A DNA stretch of 62,494 bases, filler included, from Sanchytrium tribonematis (lineage: Eukaryota), in assembly GCA_018985235.1 (NCBI GenBank). It is 16 parts of 16 records of this genome, joined end to end, with 100 filler letters (N's around TTAATTAATTAA, not from the genome) between each part and the next. Parts side by side here need not be neighbours in the genome. Positions count along the whole stretch, not along the records: positions 28,238 to 48,568 come from JADGIG010000099.1; 15 more parts are not named here. One strand, written 5' to 3'. This document shows, one piece after another, positions 35,746 to 47,173 of the stretch. Position 1 is the first letter of the stretch. Every line of letters begins with the position of its first letter. Below the pieces are notes generated by a model. It was not told the DNA's origin and did no database searches. It saw only the letters and a program-made list of their open reading frames with translations. The position numbers and the translations under genes are program-made.

Positions 35746-36609
35746 ATGAGTTCTGAAAAACAATCCCAATATACAACCCCAACGAACGTTAAAGACATTC
35801 AAGCGGCACTTACTCATGCTGAAGATATTTTGGATGAAGAAGATGAAGTCATGGATCCTGATTCTCTAATTAATTCTATTTATGAGGTTAACGAAATGCA
35901 TAATCGTACTAGATACAAAAACATATCAACGGAGGTCATGAATGCTCGTTTATTTAGCAAAATTGCTTCTGCGGCATCAGCTGGTATATCACAATTGAAA
36001 ATCGGGGACACAGAAATTTCGGCAAAAGAATTGGTAACTCTGTTTATCGCAAATAAAGCTGCTTTTGGAAAGGCTCTTTCATTTAAACGGCAGCACGTTC
36101 CTATTCCCACATTTCATAATGTGCTTTTAGAAAAAAACGTAGAACCACCAAGCTCGACCAAGAAATTAACACAACCGCCCAAAATGCTCACCCAAGAGTT
36201 AGATAAACTTGGAAAAGAATCGAAAGCGGATTCTCTAACCGACACTAATTTTTACAAAGAAAGTTCTCACTATGTCAAGGCAGTGAAAAAATGTCTGAAA
36301 GAAAATGCTTCAGAATATCCCATTTCAATTTTCAAATTTGCATTCCATCCAACACTGTATAACAGAACTGTAGAGAATCTGTATTATTTAACATTTTTAA
36401 TGCGAGATGGTGTTTGTGAGTTAATAGATGAGAGCAAAGATTGCTTAGTAAAATTCAATCCTGATGGAAAAGCAAATAAGGATCAATTCAGACAAGGATT
36501 TAAAAGACATTCCTTCATTTTATCACTAACCAAAGAAACTTGGGAAGCAATCGTACTAAAATATCGAATTGAAAGTTGTATCATACCTACTGATCTCGAT
36601 GATCAATAA
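35746..36609 (+). CDS. NSE4: SMC5/6 kleisin Nse4/EID3
   Basis: HPTLYNRTVENLYYLTFLMRDG and WEAIVLKYRI match the Nse4 C-terminal domain. Confidence 0.8.
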   Translation: MSSEKQSQYTTPTNVKDIQAALTHAEDILDEEDEVMDPDSLINSIYEVNEMHNRTRYKNISTEVMNARLFSKIASAASAGISQLKIGDTEISAKELVTLFIANKAAFGKALSFKRQHVPIPTFHNVLLEKNVEPPSSTKKLTQPPKMLTQELDKLGKESKADSLTDTNFYKESSHYVKAVKKCLKENASEYPISIFKFAFHPTLYNRTVENLYYLTFLMRDGVCELIDESKDCLVKFNPDGKANKDQFRQGFKRHSFILSLTKETWEAIVLKYRIESCIIPTDLDDQ

Positions 36610-36614
36610 TAAAT

Positions 36615-39240
36615 TTATTTTACAAAGAGCGATTTTAGATCTCCAAGATGCCACCTTGATTCTACTTCGTCATATTTAACCTTTATGTTTGATTCTCTCA
36701 AATGACTTAGTGTATATATTTCATTTTCCATCTTGTCGTTTCGAATGACCAGTTGGATGTGTTCCGTAAATGGCATTACATCCACTGGATAAAATCTCGA
36801 AATATATCTCAATTGGTTGAGCAGCTGTTTACATGACTCTAAGGTCCACGATAATTCCATCATCAAATCAGCAATAGAAATAGCTTTTGTTTCTAAATGA
36901 TATTTTAAGTCCATGTAAATCCAATCGGTAAGCTTATTCAAAAGTTCCAAATTATCAAACTTTCCCTTCTTAATTAAAAAGTGGTACCTTAATTTTAACA
37001 TCAAGATAATCATGCACCAATTCGCAAGAATAATGCTCAGAATACTGAATTTCCACCCCGAAACTGTTCGAATAGTCTAAAAGTATTTTCGATTGGTCGA
37101 TTTGTAATAGTTCCCAACCAAAATTTTGTTTAATTTCAAGCTGTTGTTGAAAAAGAAGATCCACATCATTTTCTTCTACGACTTTTAATGAAGTTATTTG
37201 CGAATTTAATCGGTCGATATCTTTTTTAACAGTTAAAATAATATCTTCTTGTCGAGATAATTCATATTTCGCATTCTCGATTGCGTTATTTAATTTAAGC
37301 ATTCGCTTTTCTCCACTATCAATGTCACCATCTAGCATGTTGATTTTCTCACTTACATCTTTTTCAAAATCATTGATATGTTGATAGTTTTGTGAACAAT
37401 TTTGAACCTGTTCTTTTAACTCTATTTCAAGCGATTCGATTTTGTTATCAAAGTCAATCTCTAGCTTACAGAAATAATCAATGAATGAATCTAATTTTAA
37501 CTTTGTTTCACTGAGTGACTCGATTTTATCTCGATATAACATCGTAATTGCATCAGCTCGTTTAATTTTTTGTTGAAGTTTGGAATCTGTAGCAATCATT
37601 TTACAAAAAGAGGTGGTGTTTTTAATCATCCCTTCCAAGTATTCCTTTTCCGATCTATCTGCGTTGTGATAATCTCTACACAAGTTCGAAGATGTAATTT
37701 CAGATTTGAGCTCTAGGAACTCCAAAGAAAGCGACTCGTACTTTTCAAGATAATTGACGCACTGTGGAATATTTAAATTTACGACGTCAGCATAAACTGC
37801 ACTTGAAATAACATCAACAGTCAATTTGGAACATGTAAATTCTTCCACCGTTGAGATTTCCATATTAACTTTATCCATAGGACCGTTTTCAAATATAAGT
37901 TCTGAGAGACTTTTTTCTACCAAAGAGTTATCTGACTCTAGTGGTATTTCATCATTTAACAGAGACTCGTCTTTAGGGGAAAGAATATTTCTAGGAACAT
38001 TTTTAGTGGGCGTCGAAATACTAGATTCGCTGTAAAAGCTGTTCGCTTCTATTTTTTTGAAAAAAGAGGAAGTATCAACAACGGGTTTTGGCACCGGCGG
38101 AATAAGATTTGTATCATCCAAAACAGATTTTTGTTCAATAGTTGTGTCAATCATTGAATTCAAGATACTCCCACCAGGCACAAAACTGGTCTCTAAAGGT
38201 CCACGTCTATTGTGCAATGCAACAATCTCATCCATATTGAATACCGATTTTGATTCTTGTTCTGTGATTTGAACGTCTTGGGGGAGTGTTTTAGTTAGCA
38301 GATTTGTTTCATCAAATAAAACAGAGGCATTCTCTTTCATAGGCAGAGATGATGCCGCGTTCTCTGATTTTAACAAATTGGTTGTCTCCATATCTGCATT
38401 AGACTTTGATGGCTGCTCATGTAAAATCTGAGTTTGTTCCATGAAGGAATCTAGTAAATCGTTTGATTTTGATTGGTTTTCGGCCAGCAATACCTGTGTC
38501 TCTTCCATAAGAGACTGATTTTGATTACGCAAATTTTCAGAGCTAAAAGGTTCTACTTTAGCAGAATTCAAAAGGGACAATTTGCATCTCATTGAATCAT
38601 GATTTTGCTCTTGTGTTGTTACTTCGTCAACTATTCCTTCCTCTGGCAACATATTAGTCTCGTTCATAAATTCACTATAATTATGAGTAGAGTCAGCAGC
38701 TTGATTAACTTGAGGAGAAAAAGTTAAAAGATCAACACTCTCTGCCTTATTTTCTAGCAACAAATTGGTATTTTCCATAAATTCTGAATTTGGGTCAATG
38801 TTTCCGAATGAAAAGAGCTGTTCATCAGTAACTTTAGTAGGTGTTTGGTAAATGGGTTTCCTTTCTATTGCAGACTTAAGTCCCGTAGGACTCTTTTTAG
38901 AAGGACTATCTTGAAAAGTCACTCGACGCTTCTTTTTTTTAAAAATGTTTGTGTTTTCGATAATATCCATGGCATGAGTAGTTGGATCAATCAAATCAGT
39001 CAAATCAGACTTAAGTAAATTTTCTTTTTCCAATATTTCCGGCTGTGAAGGTGACATTTTCAAAAAATGATTTCTTTTCAAATTGACAAGCTGAATATTT
39101 TGTAGCTCATTGGGCTTGGGCGAGAGTAGCTTCAATCGCTCATCGGAAGATTTAGCGGGTGTTTTGGGAGATTTTGTGGGTGATGGGGAAGAAGATCTTA
39201 ATTCTTTTCTTAGGGGAGATGATTGAAAAGTTTTTTCCAT
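36615..39240 (-). CDS. SPC105: Kinetochore protein KNL1/Spc105-like; 19-nt intron at 36969-36987
   Basis: PP1-binding RRVTF, repeated MExT-type motifs, coiled coil, RWD-like C-terminus joined by the intron. Confidence 0.7.
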
Positions 39241-39268
39241 TAGTTTGAAAAATTATTAAGGTATGTTT

Positions 39269-40564
39269 TCATTTATTAAATGCTTCTTTTAGCAGCCTTT
39301 GAATTTTAGAAACAACCCTATCCACCTCCTTCTGCCTCTCGTTTTGATTAGCTATGATTTGCCGGCAAATTAGAAGTTCCTTCTCGAGTTCTTGTATAAC
39401 ATTTTGATTTGCATCCAGTGGTGGAGTAGTTTCTCCGAATTCTAGTGGCTCTTCTGGCACATGTTTTACAACTGCAAATAGCTCTTCGAGGCAAGCCAAT
39501 ACGATCCCATATTCAGCCTTCGTATCCTCGAAAGCATGTGCCATTATATTATTGGCATCTCTAAGTTCATTGTATTTGTCACTTAATGACAAAAATTCAG
39601 ATCTCAAGTTCTTGTAGCTGTCTTTTTCGCCATCAAACTCATCCTGACTAGAATAAAGATCTTTAAATTTGGCAAACATTGAGTTCAATGTATTTGGTGT
39701 TTCAACTTTGGGAGATTTTGGAGAATGCTTGATTCTATGATGATCTTGCTCATACATTTGCAACTGGATAAACAAGTCTGGTATCTCTAATGCATCCTTG
39801 ATTATATCATCCACATTGGAATAAGAGTCTAGTAGATCATTCTTTAAATAATCTACCAAACTTTCAAAAGACTTTGAACAGAGCAGATACTCATTTTTAC
39901 GCAACAAAGTCAACGCAACTCTAAACAAAGCATCTACACCTATGAGCAAAAATAGGTCGAATAACCGGACTACTGTCTTTAATGGAAATCTGTAAGCGAA
40001 GAATGTCAAAAACCATTGAGAAACAAATAAATTGGAGTCAACTTCGTTTTTCACTAGATGATCATGAACATTAGGCAAAAAGTCCTGAAGCAGAGAATCG
40101 AACTGGTAGATGCAGACATTTAAACCAGCCATGTTTGGTTGATAGAAAGATCCAATTTGAAAATTATTCATGATTTGCACAAATGCGGCGAAAGCCTCAG
40201 GTTCAGATAAATGAAGTACCAATATGCCTCCTAGGAAACTCATGCCTTGACAATATCCAACATTACCGTCAAATACTGAAAAGACCCTCAACATTTGATG
40301 AAGTCTCAATTGACATTCTTCATCCAAATCTTCTGGAAATGTTCTTTTGATGTCTTTTGAAATCATTTTGTCGAACGGAGACTGAATATCGAGCATACTT
40401 GAATAGGCATCAATGTCTATTGTTGAAGCTTCCGATAGTTCAAGCCATATTTTTGGACGTTCGGAATCTTCGAACCCAGTCACAATGTTATCTTTATTCT
40501 TTATCATCAAGTCATATTTTTTGGAAGGAGCACAATTAGCAAATTGATTCCACCATTCTTCCAT
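39269..40564 (-). CDS. TBC-domain Rab GAP with coiled coil (EVI5/Gyp5-like)
   Basis: ISKDIKRTFP, GYCQGMSF, QWFLTFF. Confidence 0.93.
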   Translation of the reverse strand: MEEWWNQFANCAPSKKYDLMIKNKDNIVTGFEDSERPKIWLELSEASTIDIDAYSSMLDIQSPFDKMISKDIKRTFPEDLDEECQLRLHQMLRVFSVFDGNVGYCQGMSFLGGILVLHLSEPEAFAAFVQIMNNFQIGSFYQPNMAGLNVCIYQFDSLLQDFLPNVHDHLVKNEVDSNLFVSQWFLTFFAYRFPLKTVVRLFDLFLLIGVDALFRVALTLLRKNEYLLCSKSFESLVDYLKNDLLDSYSNVDDIIKDALEIPDLFIQLQMYEQDHHRIKHSPKSPKVETPNTLNSMFAKFKDLYSSQDEFDGEKDSYKNLRSEFLSLSDKYNELRDANNIMAHAFEDTKAEYGIVLACLEELFAVVKHVPEEPLEFGETTPPLDANQNVIQELEKELLICRQIIANQNERQKEVDRVVSKIQRLLKEAFNK

Positions 40565-40594
40565 TTCTCCTTCTGTAACGAATTTGCAATTTAA

Positions 40595-41722
40595 ATGACA
40601 ACGAGATTCAATGACTGTTTGGGGATGCCGGTTTGCATAGAAGATATGGAAAAATATATGATATTTCTGCCTAAATCAACTCGAGACTACTACACAAGTG
40701 GATCCGATGATCAGGAAACTTTGCGAATTAACAAATCATCATTTTCTAAATATTTGTTTATTCCTCGTGTTTTGAGAAATGTCAAAAATGTAGATCTGAC
40801 ATGTCATGTGAAAATTGGAGAAGAAATTTTAAATTTAGATTCGCCGATTTGGTTTAGTCCAACTGCTTTCCAAAGGTTAGCTCATCATGATGGAGAAGTT
40901 GCAGTAGCGTCAGCTGCTAAGAAAAGGAACATTGTAAATACGCTTTCAAGTTGGTCCACCACTTCATTAGAAGATGCGTTTCGTCTATCAAATGGAGATG
41001 GTGGGATCTTCTTTTTGCAACTTTATGTCTATAAAGATCGAAAGCTTGTTGCTGATTTGGTCAGAAGAGCAGAGAAAACAGGATATTTTGCATTGTCGGT
41101 CACAGTTGATACCCCCAGGCTTGGTACAAGGAGAGATGACGTTAGGAATTCATTTGCATTGCCACCACATTTAAGTCTTGCAAATTACAGCACCAATGCC
41201 AAGAATCTGGACAAAGTGGACAAAGCATCTGGATTAGCAGCTTACGTTGCAGCACAAACCGATCCATCGTTGACATGGGATGATATCATTTGGCTTAGAA
41301 CTATTACCAAAATGAAAATCTTAGTTAAGGGAATATTAAGTCCAGAGGACGCCAAATTAGCCATGGAATACAAAATGGATGGTATAATAGTTAGTAATCA
41401 TGGAGGTAGGCAATTAAATTCGTGCATTTCCACCATAGACGCTCTTTCTTCAATTGTGAAAGTGACTCAAAAGAAGATTCCCGTATTTGTAGATGGCGGT
41501 ATCCGAACAGGTAATGATGTTGCAAAATGCCTTTGTTTAGGCGCCGATGCAGTGTTTTTAGGACGACCAGTGCTTTATGGATTGACATATAACGGGCAAA
41601 TGGGTGTGGAGTTAATGCATAACATCATTCATGAAGAATTGTATTTGACAATGTCACTGCTAGGTTGTACGAAACTGAATCAGTTAAATCTGTCCTATAT
41701 CATTCACAACAGTAAATTATAG
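40595..41722 (+). CDS. Peroxisomal FMN-dependent 2-hydroxyacid (glycolate) oxidase
   Basis: TVDTPRLG, VSNHGGRQL, DGGIRTG; C-terminal SKL (PTS1). Confidence 0.95.
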   Translation: MTTRFNDCLGMPVCIEDMEKYMIFLPKSTRDYYTSGSDDQETLRINKSSFSKYLFIPRVLRNVKNVDLTCHVKIGEEILNLDSPIWFSPTAFQRLAHHDGEVAVASAAKKRNIVNTLSSWSTTSLEDAFRLSNGDGGIFFLQLYVYKDRKLVADLVRRAEKTGYFALSVTVDTPRLGTRRDDVRNSFALPPHLSLANYSTNAKNLDKVDKASGLAAYVAAQTDPSLTWDDIIWLRTITKMKILVKGILSPEDAKLAMEYKMDGIIVSNHGGRQLNSCISTIDALSSIVKVTQKKIPVFVDGGIRTGNDVAKCLCLGADAVFLGRPVLYGLTYNGQMGVELMHNIIHEELYLTMSLLGCTKLNQLNLSYIIHNSKL

Positions 41723-41811
41723 CTTACTTTGCCCCAGATTTTCTACCAATCACAGCGTCTAGATTTTTTTATTTCAGGTTTCTCGGTCAACAATTTTTAA
41801 AACCGATTTTT

Positions 41812-41895
41812 ATGGAAAATGGCTACAATCATACTAATGAGAAAGTTTGCAACGACTACATTGATGAGCAAGTTTACAAAACCGCAACATACTGA
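41812..41895 (+). promoter_or_regulatory. Arginine attenuator peptide (AAP)-like uORF, 27 aa, overlapping the CPA1 N-terminus out of frame
   Basis: Translates to MENGYNHTNEKVCNDYIDEQVYKTATY*, which aligns without gaps to the yeast CPA1 AAP core TCQDYISDHIWKTSSH. Confidence 0.8.
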
Positions 41896-43036
41896 TGCGA
41901 TTTTAACTTTAAAAAATGGAATCAAGTTTGACGCGAAAAATTATGGAACTGAAGTCAAGAAACCATTATTAGGGGAGATTGTGTTCACAACCTCTCAAAC
42001 AGGATATGTTGAGAGTATGACGGATAAAAGCTACACCGGCCAAATTCTAGCTTTTTCAACTCCGTTAATTGGTAATTACGGAGTTCCAGACACCAGAAAA
42101 ACGGATAGATTCGGGCTACCGCTATTTGGTGAATCGTTCGACATTCACGCCAGTGCAATCGTGGTTCAAGACTACGCATTGAGATACTCTCATTTCAATG
42201 CAATTAAAAGCTTAGCAGAATGGTGCAAGGAACAAGCTGTGCCTTTATTGTCAGGAGTTGACATCCGCAGATTGATTCATGCTATTCGAGATGGAAATTC
42301 AATGGCTTCAGTCGGAAATGGCAAGTGTTACCAAATTGAACCTCAAAATCAAAAAAATTTGGTCAAAGGTGTTTCTACAAAGCAGTCCTACCATATCAAT
42401 CCTTCAGGTAAGTATAGAGTAGCCCTCTTGGACTTTGGTGCAAAAGTTGGCATATTGCGGGAACTTGTCAACCGAAATTGCGCCATTCATGTGTATCCAT
42501 GGGATACCGATTTGAGCACGGTTTTGCGATATCAAAGTTTTGACGGTATCTTTTTATCAAATGGACCCGGTGATCCTGCTGCCCTCGAAAAACCTATTAG
42601 CAATTTGAGAAAAACATTAGAATTTCTTCAAGTTAAAAATCCCAAAATGCCAGTATTTGGGATCTGCATGGGACATCAATTACTTTCTCACGCTCTGGGT
42701 TTACAAACTTACAAGTTGGGCTATGGAAATCGTGGTCACAATCAACCAGTGCAATGTAATGAAACAAAAAAATTATTTATTACTAGCCAAAATCATGGAT
42801 ACGCTGTCAATATTCCTGAAAATGGAACAATTAGCCATTTTGGGCATGTGTATCCATCGTTTACCAACCTTAATGACGGTAGTAACGAGGGAATCAAGCA
42901 CGTTCATTACCCTTGGAATTCAGTTCAATTTCATCCTGAGGCTGCCTCTGGTCCATATGATTGCAAAAATTATTTTGATCTCTTTGTTAGAAAAGCTGCA
43001 GTTTTCAAAAATTTTGGACAAATAGCTCGCATTTGA
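41819..43036 (+). CDS. CPA1: Carbamoyl-phosphate synthase small (glutaminase) subunit, arginine-specific
   Basis: GEIVFTT, PLIGNYG, LSNGPGDP, catalytic GICMGHQ, SQNHGYAV, QFHPEA; presequence-like N-terminus. Confidence 0.96.
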   Translation: MATIILMRKFATTTLMSKFTKPQHTDAILTLKNGIKFDAKNYGTEVKKPLLGEIVFTTSQTGYVESMTDKSYTGQILAFSTPLIGNYGVPDTRKTDRFGLPLFGESFDIHASAIVVQDYALRYSHFNAIKSLAEWCKEQAVPLLSGVDIRRLIHAIRDGNSMASVGNGKCYQIEPQNQKNLVKGVSTKQSYHINPSGKYRVALLDFGAKVGILRELVNRNCAIHVYPWDTDLSTVLRYQSFDGIFLSNGPGDPAALEKPISNLRKTLEFLQVKNPKMPVFGICMGHQLLSHALGLQTYKLGYGNRGHNQPVQCNETKKLFITSQNHGYAVNIPENGTISHFGHVYPSFTNLNDGSNEGIKHVHYPWNSVQFHPEAASGPYDCKNYFDLFVRKAAVFKNFGQIARI

Positions 43037-43126
43037 TTCAATAAATATTAAGATTTATAACGACGTGCAAGAACGAAGTATCTTGGCTGGGGTAAATTTT
43101 GTAAACACATCGCACAGCTTGTTAAA

Positions 43127-44138
43127 ATGTCAAGTGCCAATGCTTCTAGAGAAGAGTCATCTTCAGCCATGATTGACATTACTGAACTGGGAAAACATGG
43201 GATCAATGCTGCTGATATCGCAAAATTGAAAAATGCAGGAGTTTGCACAATTAAAGGTCTTCAAATGACAGCTAGAAAAAACTTGTTGAAAGTGAAAGGT
43301 CTTAGTGATACCAAAGTGGACAAAATGAAAGAAGCTGCAGGGAAAATCTGTAGCTCTGGATTTATGAGTGCTCAAGACCTCGAAAAACAGCGAGAGTCTG
43401 TTGTTAAAATATCAACTGGAAGTAAAGAATTTGACAAATTGCTTGGCGGTGGCATTGAAACCCAAAGCATCACTGAAGTGCATGGAGAATTCAGATGTGG
43501 TAAAACTCAGTTGGCTCACACTTTATGCGTTACTTGCCAGCTATCTACCGATGACCATCCTGGTGGAAAGGCAGCTGTAATAGATACAGAGGGCACATTT
43601 AGACCAGAGAAATTGAGAGCTATCGCGGAAAGATTTGAAATGGATCCAGATGAAGTCACTGAGAATGTTATTTATGCTCGAGCGTTCAATAGTGAGCACC
43701 AAATGGAATTGCTGACAGAATTAGCCGCTACATTCGCTCAAGACAAGACCTTTCGACTTCTAGTCGTAGATTCTATAATTGCATTATTTAGAACCGATTA
43801 TAGTGGAAGAGGTGAACTTGCCGACAGGCAACAGAAGCTCAATGGGTTCTTGGCCAACTTGCAAAGAATAGCGGAAGAATTTAATGTAGCTGTTTATATT
43901 ACAAACCAAATGATGAGCGACCCTGGTGGAATGAGTTTCGGTCCAGATAAAAAAGCTGTTGGCGGTCATGTCCTAGCACATGCTGCTGCCACTAGAATTG
44001 CCTTGAGAAAGGGTAGAGGAGATTCCAGAATGGCCAAAATGTAAATGATACTTATTTAGTGTAGACAGTCCAGATATGCCTGAAGCCGAAGCTACATATG
44101 GCCTGTCAGGTGCAGGTATAATTGATGCACAAGAGTAA
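43127..44138 (+). CDS. DMC1: Meiotic recombinase DMC1; 19-nt intron at 44041-44059
   Basis: GEFRCGKTQL and GGHVLAHA; splicing restores MAKIVDSPDMPEAEA, where DSPDMPE is DMC1-type rather than RAD51 DSPCLPE. Confidence 0.93.
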
Positions 44139-44168
44139 ATTATTTCTTTTATAAATTTCCCAAGTTTC

Positions 44169-45090
44169 ATGTTAGAGGAAGATCAAGATCATACTTGTTT
44201 AGTTTGCCTAGAAGAGCTCACTGAATTATTTATACCATGCGATTGCAATTTTCCGATTTGCCAATTCTGCTGGAACCAAATATTAAACGAAGACGGAAGG
44301 TGTCCGAATTGTAGAAGGTCTTATGAAGCAAATAGATACAAAATTGAACCACTTCCCAAAAAGCTAAAAATACAACCAGAAAGAATGAAATTGCAAAATG
44401 TTCGAGTGCTACAGAAAAATTTGGTATATGTGAGTGGGTTTACAGGCGTTGTATCAGACAGCCTTCTTCAATCTCCACAATATTTCGGGCAGTTTGGACC
44501 AATTCACAAGATTGTTATCAATAGGAAACTTGGCCAAGTACCAAATTTACCAAATGACTCTATTGGGGTTTATATAACATTTGAAGGTGAAAAGGCAGCA
44601 CATTCAGCAATCGAGGCAGTTGATGGTAATTTAAATTTATAAAGGGAGTATGTGGCAGGGTCAAAGATTAAGAGCTAGGCATGGCACCACAAAGTACTGC
44701 ATTCATTTTTTAAAAAGTCAGCCATGTCAGAATACAGAATGTATGTATCTTCATAAATTGAGCGACGATCATCTTACAAAGGAAGATTTGGCTCAACTTA
44801 GCACTACTCAGACTAAGAAATATAGTTCACACAAAACCTTTGGCCCTCAGGCCGCGGATTTATCGTACCTCCTCAGGTCTTTCGCGGAACGCATAGAAGA
44901 TTTTCGGCTCAATCCCCCAAAGCAACAATTTTCAAATACAGGCCAATTGCCTCCAAGAGCTCCAAGTGTAAATATACAATTAGGTACTCCGAGTTTATGT
45001 CAAAGATGGATCAGTATGAATGCAGAGTTGTATCATGATGAAAAGAAATTCAACCCTTTCGCTGAGGAGAGTGCGTTATCATCGAAATAA
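44169..45090 (+). CDS. NOT4: CCR4-NOT E3 ligase NOT4 (RING-RRM-CCCH); 19-nt intron at 44626-44644
   Basis: C4C4 RING, NVRVLQKNLVYV, YFGQFG; splicing gives AVDGSMWQGQRLRARHGTTKYC. Confidence 0.93.
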
Positions 45091-45266
45091 ATGATTTGAC
45101 TATATTTATTGCTCGAATTTCCACATGTGTAAAAAGCCAATTGTTAGACATAGCGAGAATCCTTGAACTGCAACAGAAGGGTTTTTAAGTCTACGAAGCA
45201 TCTCCCTTGTTAGTAAATGTATCAAACAAACTATCAGGTTGAAAATCCCCGTAATACAAAACACAA

Positions 45267-45899
45267 ATGACTAAATCCACGCGAAGCTACGTAAATAAGA
45301 ATAAGAAGACATCTTCGTCATTCTCACATGATGAGAATTTAAGAAGTTCCAAAAGAGTATGCTACCCAAAGGGTCGCAATTCTCACCATTCCATTATTGA
45401 GGAAGAAGTTGAAAAATATCACAAGCCCGATAATTACAATAAGTTGGAGAACGAAGTCATATTAGCACAGGATTATTTAAACCCTCATCATATAGAAAAA
45501 ATTGACCCAATCGTTCAAATGATTGCAACGTTATTGAAAGATAGCAGAATGAGTAAAACATTGGACTCTTTTAGAGAAGAGAGTCGGTCCTTCTACAAGA
45601 GTGAAAAACTTCACCCTATCTGCAAGCGTATTTCAGATATGACTGCTAGTTTAGGTAAAGAATCTTTAAAAAGAAGTAGTACAATCTCCAATGTTTCTTC
45701 TCAAAAAAGGGCCATCGAGGCAGCCGAATGTATGAGTAAAGAAGAAGTTGAAAGAATATCAGACAAATTAAAATTGGCAGGTGTAGTTCCGTGTCTAGAG
45801 GAACGTTTCGATAATCTAGAAAAGGCTGTTTTGCTTAATGAAAATATTCCCATTGATATTTTTAAACGGCTAAAGCGGCTGGAGGATCTACTTTTGTAA
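45267..45899 (+). CDS. Protein with a LisH-like motif and an MBIP-like C-terminus
   Basis: QMIATLLKDSRMSKTLDSFREE (LisH-like); EERFDNLE...IPIDIFKRLKRLED resembles MBIP. Confidence 0.5.
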   Translation: MTKSTRSYVNKNKKTSSSFSHDENLRSSKRVCYPKGRNSHHSIIEEEVEKYHKPDNYNKLENEVILAQDYLNPHHIEKIDPIVQMIATLLKDSRMSKTLDSFREESRSFYKSEKLHPICKRISDMTASLGKESLKRSSTISNVSSQKRAIEAAECMSKEEVERISDKLKLAGVVPCLEERFDNLEKAVLLNENIPIDIFKRLKRLEDLLL

Positions 45900-45968
45900 T
45901 TGAAAATAAAATGATGTGTACGATTTTGCTTTTAGGAGGAATTTGAAACCTAATTCTATTTGTAACAT

Positions 45969-47166
45969 ATGGAAAGATCTCTAATGAAATTCTTATTATT
46001 TCTTATAATTTTATTTGCCATAATATTGGGTATTTGGCTCTTCGGTCCATCCGGAATTAAAAGTAAGAACAAATTTATGCGAATTATAGGAAAAACTTAT
46101 CTTGGATTGGATTACATTTTTGGTAAAATTGCTATATTGTTTAATGCAATCACCCCAAATTGGATCAAAAACTGTTTTGGATATGTCGCCTTCCAAAGAC
46201 ATCCCATAATGCAAATTTTATTCGTTGTACTTTACGGCGCAGGGGCCTTAATTTTTATGTGGAAAGCCCATAATAGGCTTTATGTCGATGAGATTAATCG
46301 CTTGCATTATTATTTTGCACCTATCGTGGCCTATATCCAATTTTATATATTTTATTTGGCTTGCTATAGTGATCCTGGGATTATAACAAAAGATAATTGC
46401 CATGTGGCATTAAAACAATACCCTATTGACGAAATCATATTTTTCCATCAGGAATGTAAAACATGTTTATTTAAAAAGCCTGCAAGAAGCAAACACTGTA
46501 GTTTATGTAATGTGTGCATAGCTAAGTCTGACCACCATTGTCCTTGGCTAAATACTTGTGTTGGTCAAAATAACTTGAGATTTTTTTTTGCATTTTTGTA
46601 TTGGATGGTATTTTCCACATTTTATTGTTTTTATCTTATTTATTATTTATTTATGGTTGAAATGAAATCTCAAGGTTGGATTGACAATGTTTATTCTATT
46701 TGGGAATTGTTTGCAATATGGAAAGGCCCTATTGTTAATTTTACGTTTTTCCGAAATGGAAGTCCTAGCGGCACTATTAAACTGTCTGTTTTACAGTCAG
46801 TTCAAGTAATTTGCATTTATTTAGATCTATTCGCTGAATGATGGGTGGCTTGCTGTGCTTGGTTTGACTTGTATCGTGACCTCCATTGTTGTGCTATTAT
46901 TTACCACATACCATATATACCTGAACGTGGTGAAGGGAATGAGTTCCAATGAATACATGAAGTTCGACGATGTGATTTATTATATTAACAACCATAAGAT
47001 ATATTATAATGGGAAAAATTTGATCTCTGTGCAGAGTGATGGACAGAGGCCTGTTGACAAGAATGTGTTCCTTAATTATCCTCCAAACATTTATAACCAA
47101 GGCATTATTAAGAACATTCTGCTCATTTTGTTCCCACCAAACTTGAACAAAAAAATAAAAAATTGA
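45969..47166 (+). CDS. DHHC palmitoyltransferase (Swf1/ZDHHC4-like); 19-nt intron at 46806-46824
   Basis: SDPGII and KPARSKHC...DHHCPWLNTCVG; the intron joins the last TM, SSNE and NIYNQG. Confidence 0.92.
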
Positions 47167-47173
47167 CATTTTC

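Noticed and set aside
12360..35817. Apparent gene overlaps from long N-terminal extensions (12360, 15280, 26898, 29756, 35817)
   Set aside because: These come from TTG/GTG starts in the ORF caller; the conserved proteins begin at downstream ATGs.
45896..45935. Possible 40-nt (or 18/20-nt) intron extending the MBIP-like gene
   Set aside because: Lacks the TNATNWAG end and restores no recognisable motif.
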